The notes under the pieces: generated by a model
Seen by the model: the letters and a program-made list of their open reading frames with translations, nothing else
Database searches by the model: none
What the model was told of the DNA's origin: nothing
Source: Spirochaetia bacterium
GTDB taxonomy: Bacteria; Spirochaetota; Spirochaetia; JABMQR01
Length of the DNA stretch: 46,713 nucleotides
NCBI GenBank assembly: GCA_021736525.1
Contig: JAIPFR010000003.1
Location: 1-46,713 of the forward strand
Direction of reading: 5' to 3'
Shown: one piece after another, positions 38,982 through 46,713 of the stretch
Numbering within the stretch: the first letter of the stretch is position 1
Layout: each line of letters opens with the position of its first letter
Translations under genes and position numbers: made by a program

Positions 38982-40523
38982 TTATGAGCTGAGTGAGTAA
39001 GTATGACCCACCGCAAGCGATAACAGTTCCTCCTCCGAAGAGAGCTTTTCATGCTGGTCGAGAATACCTGCAACTCTCCCGCGGTTGAGCACCATAATGC
39101 GATCCGACATTCCCAGCACTTCGGGAAGTTCTGAAGATACCATCAGTATGGCCTTACCGCTTTCAGTAAGTTCCCTGACCAGCTTGTAGATTTCATACTT
39201 TGCTCCGACATCAATTCCTCGAGTAGGTTCGACTATAACGAAAATTTCGGGATCAGTTAGCAATGCTCGTGCTATGAGTACTTTCTGCTGGTTCCCTCCG
39301 CTCAAATTCTCAATTTGCGTAAATAATGATGCAGTTTTAATCTGCATCGCAGCTATTTGTTTTTCTGCTGCAATGCGCTCCTTCTTTCTGTCAATGATTC
39401 CGCTTCTCATAAACTTCTTCAAACTTGTGATGGTAGTATTCTGAACAATATCCATAGAGGTGATAATCCCCTCCAATTTACGATCGGAGGGGATATAGCA
39501 GAAACCTTCAGTTATAGCACCTATAATACTGATGTTATCAATTACTTTACCATTTACTGTGATGGTTCCGGAATCACGCCTGACAGCTCCGACAATAGCC
39601 TGTACCAACCGTGTTCTACCGGAGCCTACCATTCCAGCAAGCCCAAGCACTTCTCCCTTCCTCAGCGAAAAGGTTATGCCTTCGAGTTCACCTTTGCAGC
39701 TTAGATCTTCCACCTTCATAATAGTATCGCCGATCTGCTTTCCGTAATCAGGATAAATATCCTGAATCTCTCTTCCTACCATATAACCTACCAGATTATC
39801 TTTGGTCAGTTTTTCCACCGGGAATGTACCCATCACCTTGCCGTCTTTGATAACAGTTACCCGATCAGCAATCTCAAATACTTCTTCAAGCATGTGGGAA
39901 ATGTAAATGACTGTAACCCCTCGGGATTTTAGCGATCTTATGATACTGAATAGTTTCTTCAGTTCTTTGTCAGTAAGAGGTGCAGAAGGCTCATCCATTA
40001 TCAAGATACGAGCATCTACGGAAAGCGCCTTCATTATTTCTACAAGCTGCTGTTGAACCACAGAAAGATCCATAACTTTAGCATCCGGGTCAAGGTTAAT
40101 ATCCAGCAGTGCCATCAGCTCCCGTACTCTTTCCCGTGCTTTACCGAACCTGAGGAACCCGGCTCTGGAAACAGGCTCCCTGTTGAGGAACACATTCTCA
40201 GTAACCGACATATGCTTAATGAGACTGAATTCCTGAAAGATAATGGATATCCCATCCATTTGAGCCTGATGGGGATTCTTTATAACTACTTCTTCACCGT
40301 TGTAGATTATGCTGCCCGAATCCGGTTTAAATACACCAGAAAGAATTTTCATCAGTGTCGACTTTCCAGCCCCGTTCTCCCCCACCAAAGCATGAACTTC
40401 ACCGTAAGAAAAATCCATATCAACTGAATCAAGTGCTTTGACGCCCGGAAAGGTTTTTGTGATATCTTTGAATTTCAGCAATGATCCAGTAACAGCAGTA
40501 CCCATAGTACTCATATACAACAC
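38982..40523 (-). CDS. Sugar ABC transporter ATP-binding protein (RbsA-like)
   Basis: GENGAGKST, MDEPS, LSGGNQQKV and EPTRGIDVGAK motifs. True start may be 40514 or 40505. Confidence 0.94.
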   Translation of the reverse strand: MLYMSTMGTAVTGSLLKFKDITKTFPGVKALDSVDMDFSYGEVHALVGENGAGKSTLMKILSGVFKPDSGSIIYNGEEVVIKNPHQAQMDGISIIFQEFSLIKHMSVTENVFLNREPVSRAGFLRFGKARERVRELMALLDINLDPDAKVMDLSVVQQQLVEIMKALSVDARILIMDEPSAPLTDKELKKLFSIIRSLKSRGVTVIYISHMLEEVFEIADRVTVIKDGKVMGTFPVEKLTKDNLVGYMVGREIQDIYPDYGKQIGDTIMKVEDLSCKGELEGITFSLRKGEVLGLAGMVGSGRTRLVQAIVGAVRRDSGTITVNGKVIDNISIIGAITEGFCYIPSDRKLEGIITSMDIVQNTTITSLKKFMRSGIIDRKKERIAAEKQIAAMQIKTASLFTQIENLSGGNQQKVLIARALLTDPEIFVIVEPTRGIDVGAKYEIYKLVRELTESGKAILMVSSELPEVLGMSDRIMVLNRGRVAGILDQHEKLSSEEELLSLAVGHTYSLSS

Positions 40524-40534
40524 CTTGTTATTGA

Positions 40535-40570
40535 AGTGCCCGCCGCATCAGATCAGTTACGACAGGCACT
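40535..40570 (-). other. Hairpin downstream of the SBP gene (mRNA stabiliser or attenuator)
   Basis: Minus strand AGTGCCTGTCGTA-N10-TGCGGCGGGCACT pairs fully when G-U is allowed. Confidence 0.5.
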
Positions 40571-40585
40571 CATGCAAATTGCTTG

Positions 40586-41623
40586 TTAATCAATCTGCGG
40601 TAGAAATTCTTCAGGAATTTGATCGTCCCCGAGCCACCACCAATCAGAAAGATCCATATTTACAATTTCCTTAATTCTTTCGAAAGGATACTGTTCAGGC
40701 TGGTGATAAATCACCTTGTCCAGCTCCGCACCTTTTACCGCTTTCAGCCCTTCCTCAAGCGCCCATGCAGCCTGCTGGGTTGAATATGGCTCAATATACC
40801 CAGGTACATTATTGGCAACCAGGAATTTGGCATATCCGTTCAGGTTGTCACCAGAGGACGGCACCAACGCCCGACCGGCTTCCTTCATGGTTTCAAGAGC
40901 TGGAAACGACATCAACCCGGAGTCAGCCCAGATCCCATCAATCTGGGGATAGGTCTGTAAAAATGACTCCATGACCTCTTTGGCTTTTGGAATTGACCAA
41001 CCGGTATACTGCGTATCCAGAATTTGAATATCCGGATACTTTGCGAAAACCTCACGGGCACCTTCAAGCCGCAACTCAACAGACATCTGTCCTGCTATTC
41101 CGCTCAGCATGATAATGTTTCCTTCGGTCCCCATCATGTTAATCAGTGCTTCAGCATAGTGCGCACCAAGCTGCTTCATATCCTGACCCACATAAGCAGT
41201 ATGCTGATCTGTCGGGACGGTTCCGTCAAAAATAATTACCGGAATACCGACGTTATACGCGCGCTCCACCGCAGGAACAATGGCTTCTCCAAGAGAGGGC
41301 TGGATAATCAGCAAGTCTACTCCTTTTGAAAGAAGATCATCGATATCAGCAATCTGCTTTTCCGGCCTTTCATCAGCATTAGTAAAGTAGACCTTGGAAA
41401 TCTCAGGATGCTCAGCCACCTTTGCATCAAAATTGGCTTTCAGAAACATTCTCCAGGAATTTCCCATTCCCGCACAACTGAAACCAACCGTGATGTTGTC
41501 TTCTTTGGGAGCAGCTTTTCCGCCATCACTTTCATCCTGCCCACCTGCAGCGGCCAATCCGCCGACAAACAGGAACATCGCAATTAGAACCAGAATCCAA
41601 TTAGTTTTCCTTCTCATACACAT
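40586..41623 (-). CDS. Sugar ABC transporter substrate-binding protein
   Basis: Signal peptide ending AGGQDE; type I periplasmic binding protein motifs; lies inside the ABC operon. Confidence 0.92.
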   Translation of the reverse strand: MCMRRKTNWILVLIAMFLFVGGLAAAGGQDESDGGKAAPKEDNITVGFSCAGMGNSWRMFLKANFDAKVAEHPEISKVYFTNADERPEKQIADIDDLLSKGVDLLIIQPSLGEAIVPAVERAYNVGIPVIIFDGTVPTDQHTAYVGQDMKQLGAHYAEALINMMGTEGNIIMLSGIAGQMSVELRLEGAREVFAKYPDIQILDTQYTGWSIPKAKEVMESFLQTYPQIDGIWADSGLMSFPALETMKEAGRALVPSSGDNLNGYAKFLVANNVPGYIEPYSTQQAAWALEEGLKAVKGAELDKVIYHQPEQYPFERIKEIVNMDLSDWWWLGDDQIPEEFLPQID

Positions 41624-41748
41624 ACTCCTTTAATAAAATTCAATCTAATTTGTAAGATTGTTTATTGCTCTTTTCTCCTTCTCTGATGATGTTAACCCAT
41701 ACCCCCCACTCTCTTACATCCCTTGGAAATTGCCGGATCCAAGTCTTT

Positions 41749-42702
41749 TTATCGTTTTCGAGCTGTAATACCCAATGCAGTCACAATAATCAGTCCCTTG
41801 ATTACCAGCTGACTCTCCAACGGGAGACTTGCCAGAAGGGCCAGATTGGTGATCATCAACAAGATAAAGCCCCCAAGAATCGTCCCCTGAATGGATCCAG
41901 CCCCACCCCCGATTACAGCACCTCCCAGAACAGCAAATGCTACCGAATCAAGATCATAGCCTTTACCTGCCCAATTATCGGCTATGCCGGTATATCCGCC
42001 AATCAGTATACCGACAAATGCTGCTGAAACCGCTGATATAATATATGCGGTAATAATTATTCGGTCCTTCCGTACACCACTCAGAATAGCTACACGCGGG
42101 TTATTTCCAACCACATACAATCTTCTGCCATATCCGGTACGAGCGAGAAGAAACCAGTACCAAATGGCAATAAACACGAACATCATAAAGAGATTGGGTA
42201 TCATATTTAAAAAATTGGATGTGCAGACATTTTTCAGCCCATCGGGTATTGCTCCGCGCGGCATCCCGTTGGTCCAGATCATACGGAGACCATTGATGAC
42301 AATTGATGTTCCCAACGTTCCGATAAATGGTGGAACATTCCTTTTTGTCACCAGATACCCATTAAACATACCGACCAGTGCAGCCAGAGCAAGGCACAAC
42401 AGCAGTACCGGGAAAATCAACCCGTTGCTTGTCATATAGGTTGCCGCAACGACATTGGAGGAAGCCATTACTGCACTGACTGATAAATCAAGTCCACCGG
42501 AAATGATGACGAAAGTCTGTCCCATAGCAGCAATCGCAATCATTGAGTAGTTTCTGACCACATTGAGCAAGTTGTTCAAGCTGAAAAAATTGACACCTTT
42601 AACTATATTTACGGCTATTGCCATAAGAATAATCACCAAAAAGGTCACAATCAGCCCGATAGAAATACCACTTCTCTGAAGTTTTTCCTGTATTTTCCGC
42701 AT
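41749..42702 (-). CDS. Sugar ABC transporter permease
   Basis: SGGLDLSV, PPFIGTLG, YGRRLYVVGNN and YDLDSVAFAVLGG motifs. Confidence 0.92.
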   Translation of the reverse strand: MRKIQEKLQRSGISIGLIVTFLVIILMAIAVNIVKGVNFFSLNNLLNVVRNYSMIAIAAMGQTFVIISGGLDLSVSAVMASSNVVAATYMTSNGLIFPVLLLCLALAALVGMFNGYLVTKRNVPPFIGTLGTSIVINGLRMIWTNGMPRGAIPDGLKNVCTSNFLNMIPNLFMMFVFIAIWYWFLLARTGYGRRLYVVGNNPRVAILSGVRKDRIIITAYIISAVSAAFVGILIGGYTGIADNWAGKGYDLDSVAFAVLGGAVIGGGAGSIQGTILGGFILLMITNLALLASLPLESQLVIKGLIIVTALGITARKR

Positions 42703-42789
42703 AGAACACCCACCCGGTTTATTTTCCGTTCTTGAAGGAGATAACTTGTTTATGCATTAAGACTATCGCACCCTACTGAGTGCAGAGAT

Positions 42790-43962
42790 TCACTGCTGGA
42801 GAGTTATGGTTTTACCTTCTGCTGCGGATTGCAAAGCAGCATCAAGGATCTCCATCTCTTTTACACCATCTTCAAAGTTGGGGGAAATCGATGTACCATT
42901 TTTCACCGCTGTAATAAAATCTACGACTGCATGGGTAAATTCATGTTCATATCCGATTATATGCCCCGGAGGCCACCAGTTAGCTATGTAATCATGTTCA
43001 GGTTCAGTAGCCAGAATAGTGCGAAATCCCTGAGAATCAATCGGATCTTCTTTAGAAAAGAACTGCAGTTCGTTCATACGTTCTAAGTTGAAAATTATTG
43101 ATCCGTTGCTGCCGTATATTTCAAAGTAATTATAGTTCTTTCGCCCTGTAGCAAAGCGAGAAGCTTCAAACGATCCAAGAGCCCCATTCTTGAACATGAC
43201 AGTCAAAAAAGATGCATCTTCCACAGTCACTTTTCCCATACCGGTTCCGCTTGTCCCACCTTTGAACGTTGCTGCGTGCTCATTCGGAAGGGGACGTTCT
43301 TCAATAAAGCGTGTTGTCATTGCTGATACTTTATCAATTTCTCCGACAAGATAGCGGGCGAGATCAATACTATGTGAATTAAGATCGCCGTGCGGTCCAG
43401 ATCCTGCTTTTTCCTTCTGCAAGTGCCAAGTCAGCGGAAAATTCGGATCAGTAATCCAGTCCTGTAAATACGTTCCTCGCCAGTGGTAGATTGTGCCTAT
43501 TTTTCCGTCGTCAATCAGTTTTTTTGCCAGACGGACTGCAGGACACCGACGGTAGTTATGATTCAAATAATGAACAACCCCAGCCGTATTAGCTGCTTCG
43601 GCCATTTTGCGAGCCTGTTCCAAACCCATAGCCATAGGTTTCTCAAGAAAGACATGTTTCCCGGCCTTTACTGCTTCAACAGCAATTTCATAATGTAAAT
43701 GTTGGGGCACAGCAATATCAACAACATCAATATCTTCCCTTGCTATCAATTTCCGCCAGTCAGTTTCAATCTCCTCCCAGCCCCAATTATCAGCAAATGC
43801 TTTAAGCGGCTCCTCGCTTCTACCGCAAGCTGCTTTAAGAACCGGTTTCACTCCCCCCAAATCAAAAAAGTGCGGGGCCTGAAGCCAGGCATTGCTGTGA
43901 GCTTTTCCCATAAACTGATATCCGATAATCCCTATATTCAATGTTTTCATAGTCATAACCAC
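42790..43962 (-). CDS. Gfo/Idh/MocA oxidoreductase resembling levoglucosan/sugar 3-dehydrogenases
   Basis: GYQFMGKAHS, LEKPM, NYRRCPAV, RGTYLQDW and AGSGPHGDLNSHSID motifs. Subfamily assignment is from recalled similarity only. Confidence 0.8.
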   Translation of the reverse strand: MVMTMKTLNIGIIGYQFMGKAHSNAWLQAPHFFDLGGVKPVLKAACGRSEEPLKAFADNWGWEEIETDWRKLIAREDIDVVDIAVPQHLHYEIAVEAVKAGKHVFLEKPMAMGLEQARKMAEAANTAGVVHYLNHNYRRCPAVRLAKKLIDDGKIGTIYHWRGTYLQDWITDPNFPLTWHLQKEKAGSGPHGDLNSHSIDLARYLVGEIDKVSAMTTRFIEERPLPNEHAATFKGGTSGTGMGKVTVEDASFLTVMFKNGALGSFEASRFATGRKNYNYFEIYGSNGSIIFNLERMNELQFFSKEDPIDSQGFRTILATEPEHDYIANWWPPGHIIGYEHEFTHAVVDFITAVKNGTSISPNFEDGVKEMEILDAALQSAAEGKTITLQQ

Positions 43963-44832
43963 CTATTGTACACTACTCGCTATCCGATCAAGAACTTTAA
44001 TGCTTTTTGCAACAGCATCATCCTCATCATCCTGATAATCGGGATGAAGATAATCAATTTCCACTGCCAGAAATCCATCAAATCCATTGTCATAAAGAAT
44101 CTGTGCCAGACGCTGGTTGTCGACGAGGCCATCCCCAACAGGGGTACAGGCAAAAAAATGCCAATTACGTACATCCTGTCCTCGTTCTGGTTTTAAATCC
44201 TTAACATGGGTGGCAAATACATGTTTTGCTAGTTTTTCAGCACCGCTAACTGGATCGTCTAATAACCGCATGAAATTTCCTGTATCAAAATTGATTCCAA
44301 AATTCGGGTGATTGACATTTTCAATCAAGGTCAGCATTTCATCAGATGTGAAATCTATATGGTTCTCATCGGCCAGTTTCAGCCCGTATCGATCAGCAAC
44401 TTTCATTGCATCCTTAAACATCTCGGTCAGACGTTCAATCTGTACGGTATGATTCTCAAAACGAAACATAAGGCTGCTGCCGACGACTCTCATCACCTTT
44501 GCACCGATTGCTTGAGCATACTCCATCATTTCAAGCATTTCATCATAAGCTCTAGCGTTTTTACCGCCTTCCAGGCCATCAGGATGCCCCCAGGCAAACA
44601 CACGGTCTAAATTGTAATTGTCCAGTTTCTTTTTAAGACCTGACAGGTAATCTTTATCAAAACTCGGGAAAAAACACGATTCAAGTGAGACACCATCTAC
44701 ACCAAGTTCATGGGCGCGATCAAGATAATCATCCATTGTCATAGTCTTCTCGGGTTTCTTCTGCTCAGGGTATACTTCCCCCATAAATCGATGGTAACAG
44801 TAATTGTCAATACCAATTTTCATTTTTCTCAT
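43963..44832 (-). CDS. Xylose-isomerase-like TIM barrel protein (sugar phosphate isomerase/epimerase family)
   Basis: ENHID, NFDTGN, THVKD, GDGLVD and LAVEID metal-binding pattern. Confidence 0.85.
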   Translation of the reverse strand: MRKMKIGIDNYCYHRFMGEVYPEQKKPEKTMTMDDYLDRAHELGVDGVSLESCFFPSFDKDYLSGLKKKLDNYNLDRVFAWGHPDGLEGGKNARAYDEMLEMMEYAQAIGAKVMRVVGSSLMFRFENHTVQIERLTEMFKDAMKVADRYGLKLADENHIDFTSDEMLTLIENVNHPNFGINFDTGNFMRLLDDPVSGAEKLAKHVFATHVKDLKPERGQDVRNWHFFACTPVGDGLVDNQRLAQILYDNGFDGFLAVEIDYLHPDYQDDEDDAVAKSIKVLDRIASSVQ

Positions 44833-44847
44833 TATGGTCCTCCTAAC

Positions 44848-44880
44848 TAAAACGTTTTATCTTTTTCTAAAACGTTTTAG
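44848..44880. promoter_or_regulatory. Tandem LacI-type operators
   Basis: Palindromes TAAAACGTTTTA (44848-44859) and CTAAAACGTTTTAG (44867-44880), centres 20 bp apart, between the promoter and the RBS; adjacent to a LacI gene. Confidence 0.8.
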
Positions 44881-44896
44881 CTCTGTATAATATACT

Positions 44897-44924
44897 AGTC
44901 TATCACACTTCTTTTTAATGTCAA
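44897..44924 (-). promoter_or_regulatory. Sigma70-type promoter for the LacI-controlled operon
   Basis: TTGACA-N16-TAGACT with an extended -10 TG, just upstream of the operators. Confidence 0.55.
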
Positions 44925-44954
44925 GTATTATTTGATGACATTTGCTAATACTTG

Positions 44955-45965
44955 CTAACCATATGGTCTTGAACTTTCGCGTATCACCAACTTTGGTTTA
45001 ATAACAGGAAATTGAGCAACTGAAATTGAATTACTGTTCAGAAGAGAAAAAAGAAGATATCCCAGGCCTTTGCCGATCTCCCGAAGCTGCCCATCTACTG
45101 TAGAAAGCCTCGGGTAAAGAGAACTGGAAAGAGAAGTATTGTCATATCCAATAATGCTTACATCACCAGGGATTTCCAGTAAATGGGTATAAAGGTAACG
45201 CATCACACCAGATGCCATAAAATCATTCCCGCAAAAAAGGGCATCTACCTTTCTTTGTGATAATATTCTTCCGGCAGCTTCATAACCGCTGCGTGCTGAC
45301 CAATCTCCAAAGGCTTCAATAATATTATGTGAAGTACCTAGAACGTCGAAAAAACCCCTCTTCCTTTCAGAAGCATCATAATGTTCCTCGGGTCCGTTTA
45401 TGAAACCAATCTTCCGAAAGCCGCAACGCTGAAAATACTGTGCAACTAATCTGCCACCCCAGTAATTATCAACGTACAATGAGCTAATACGCTCTCCCTT
45501 GAGGTATGAATTAAGAAAAACAACAGGAAAGTCCCCGAGCACTTCAAGAAACGAATAAGGCCTCATAAACTGAGGAATGATTATTATTCCGTCTATACCT
45601 TTTCCCTGTATTTTCCGGTGAAAGTATTCATCTAAATCATCATCTTCCCAGTTTTTTACATCAAATGTGAGGCTGTATCCATGCTCTGTGGCAATCTCCA
45701 AAAGCCCTTCAATGTAGTTATAGAAGAATGTTGTATCGGCAACTAAATTTGTATATTTGACTGAATTCAAGATGACTAATAGAATTGTACTGCTTTTGCC
45801 TGTGATAAGAGTCCTTCCGCTTCGATTGGGTACATAGTTGAGCTTCTTTGCACAGGATTTAACCAATCGCCGAGTTGCTTCATTTACTGGTTTTCCATTC
45901 AATGCAAGAGAAACTGTCGCTGTTGATACTCCCGCCAATCGTGCAACATCTTTTATAGTACTCAT
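44955..45965 (-). CDS. LacI-family transcriptional regulator
   Basis: TIKDVARLAGVSTATVSLALN HTH, LNYVPN, FCGNDFMA, SIIGYDN and LVIRES motifs. Confidence 0.96.
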   Translation of the reverse strand: MSTIKDVARLAGVSTATVSLALNGKPVNEATRRLVKSCAKKLNYVPNRSGRTLITGKSSTILLVILNSVKYTNLVADTTFFYNYIEGLLEIATEHGYSLTFDVKNWEDDDLDEYFHRKIQGKGIDGIIIIPQFMRPYSFLEVLGDFPVVFLNSYLKGERISSLYVDNYWGGRLVAQYFQRCGFRKIGFINGPEEHYDASERKRGFFDVLGTSHNIIEAFGDWSARSGYEAAGRILSQRKVDALFCGNDFMASGVMRYLYTHLLEIPGDVSIIGYDNTSLSSSLYPRLSTVDGQLREIGKGLGYLLFSLLNSNSISVAQFPVIKPKLVIRESSRPYG

Positions 45966-46111
45966 CTATTACCAGTTAATTTTAACTTTTAACCTCTTTT
46001 TGTTACGATAAAACAGATTTTCTGCTTTGACAAACAAAATACTATAGAAATGGAAAAAGAAAAACAAGATTTACGGGATATATGCTCTAAAAAAAGTTGC
46101 CACGATAAAAA

Positions 46112-46198
46112 TATAAAGAAGGTGTCTTATAAAGAAGGTGTCTGACACCGTTTTCCGCAATCTGGCAAAGCTTTTTTGAGGGATCCGGTGTCAGACAC
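46112..46198. repeat. Right copy of flanking repeat / REP-like element with internal tandem duplication and inverted repeat
   Basis: TATAAAGAAGGTGTCT occurs twice (46112-46127, 46128-46143). 46129-46157 is identical to 2321-2349. GTGTCTGACACCG (46138-46150) and CGGTGTCAGACAC (46186-46198) are perfect inverted repeats. Confidence 0.85.
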
Positions 46199-46217
46199 TT
46201 TTTCCCTCTTTCCCACA

Positions 46218-46246
46218 TTGACGTTTAACATCCGATACTGCACAAT
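46218..46246 (+). promoter_or_regulatory. Possible sigma70 promoter of the MNT gene
   Basis: TTGACG-N17-CACAAT, about 45 bp before the ATG. Confidence 0.4.
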
Positions 46247-46292
46247 ACAGAGAGGGAATTTAGAGCGATAGGAACATAAAAGGAATGCAGCC

Positions 46293-46688
46293 ATGGGCGA
46301 TTATGCTGATTTCGGAATCGATTTAGATAGAGTACGTTCCCGGCTCCAAAAAAAGGAGGAGGAACGTACCGAAAGACTCCGCGCCAGATGGTTGGAAGCC
46401 CGCAGGGATTTTGAAAAAATAACCGCCAGAATAATCCTGACCTGCTCTCCCCGTAGAATATATCAGTGGGGATCTCTGCTCGATTTTTCTCGCTTCAGTG
46501 AAATATCGGATATTGATATAGCCCTCGAAGGCCTTTCAGGACCGGAAGAATATTTCAGGATCCTCGGATTATCGATGGAAATGACCTCTTTTCCTGTCGA
46601 TCTGATAGAGATCGATAAGATTGACAGCGAAACAGCCCGGCAGATTAAGACATATGGGAAAATGGTATATGAACACAAAGATACTTGA
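46293..46688 (+). CDS. Minimal nucleotidyltransferase (MNT) domain protein, probable antitoxin
   Basis: 131 aa with IYQWGSL-X7-SDIDIA and PVDLI, the Pol-beta-like GS...DxD...D pattern. Confidence 0.85.
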   Translation: MGDYADFGIDLDRVRSRLQKKEEERTERLRARWLEARRDFEKITARIILTCSPRRIYQWGSLLDFSRFSEISDIDIALEGLSGPEEYFRILGLSMEMTSFPVDLIEIDKIDSETARQIKTYGKMVYEHKDT

Positions 46689-46713
46689 ACTCATCAGCCT
46701 GCTGAACAAGAAC
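46669..46713 (+). CDS. Start of a downstream ORF, probably the HEPN partner (truncated by the window)
   Basis: MNTKILELISLLNKN overlaps the MNT 3' end. Identity is inferred only from the usual MNT-HEPN gene pairing. Confidence 0.4.
   Translation, partial: MNTKILELISLLNKN

Noticed and set aside
41624-41748. Possible small ORF or frameshifted extension after permease 41749-42702
   Set aside because: The permease already has a complete C-terminus, and the alternative frame has no start or RBS and no recognisable motif.
2321-46198. Calling the block a prophage, ICE or composite transposon
   Set aside because: No integrase, transposase, relaxase, phage gene or tRNA target is visible; only the repeats and a compositional impression support mobility.
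447-46678. Numerous 60-185 aa ORFs in the track that overlap the long genes on the opposite strand or in other frames
   Set aside because: They lie within well-supported genes and show no recognisable motifs, so they are treated as shadow ORFs.

Overview
This window is mostly a ~44 kb carbohydrate/polyol uptake and catabolism region. It is probably from a free-living spirochaete; this is inferred only from the 'SAGAQQE/WATGEEE/AGGQDE'-type N-termini of the solute-binding proteins. It holds three complete RbsABC-like (CUT2) sugar ABC importers, two extra solute-binding proteins and 15 catabolic enzymes: FucI/AraA-fold isomerases, a D-psicose/D-tagatose 3-epimerase, Zn- and Gfo/Idh/MocA dehydrogenases, an FGGY kinase, a KDPG aldolase, a cupin PGI, an UlaG-like hydrolase, an old-yellow-enzyme oxidoreductase, a tandem DJ-1/PfpI protein and others. 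Regulators are two YesM/YesN-type two-component systems, a membrane-anchored AraC protein, DeoR, LacI and an NtrC-type sigma54 activator. The standout is a soluble histidine kinase (19351-21213) whose input domain is a sugar-ABC ATPase (RbsA N-terminal-type NBD) fused to PAS-HisKA-HATPase. It is encoded with an NtrC-like activator directly upstream of a well-formed sigma54 promoter that precedes a DJ-1/dehydrogenase/ABC-importer operon. The visibly more AT-rich block is bracketed by a 29-bp identical direct repeat with a REP-like palindrome (2321-2349 and 46129-46157). A decayed deoR fragment lies just inside the left copy, and a probable MNT-HEPN toxin-antitoxin pair lies outside the right copy. 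No rRNA, tRNA, CRISPR array, integrase or transposase was recognised. All functional calls come from motif reading, not database searches.
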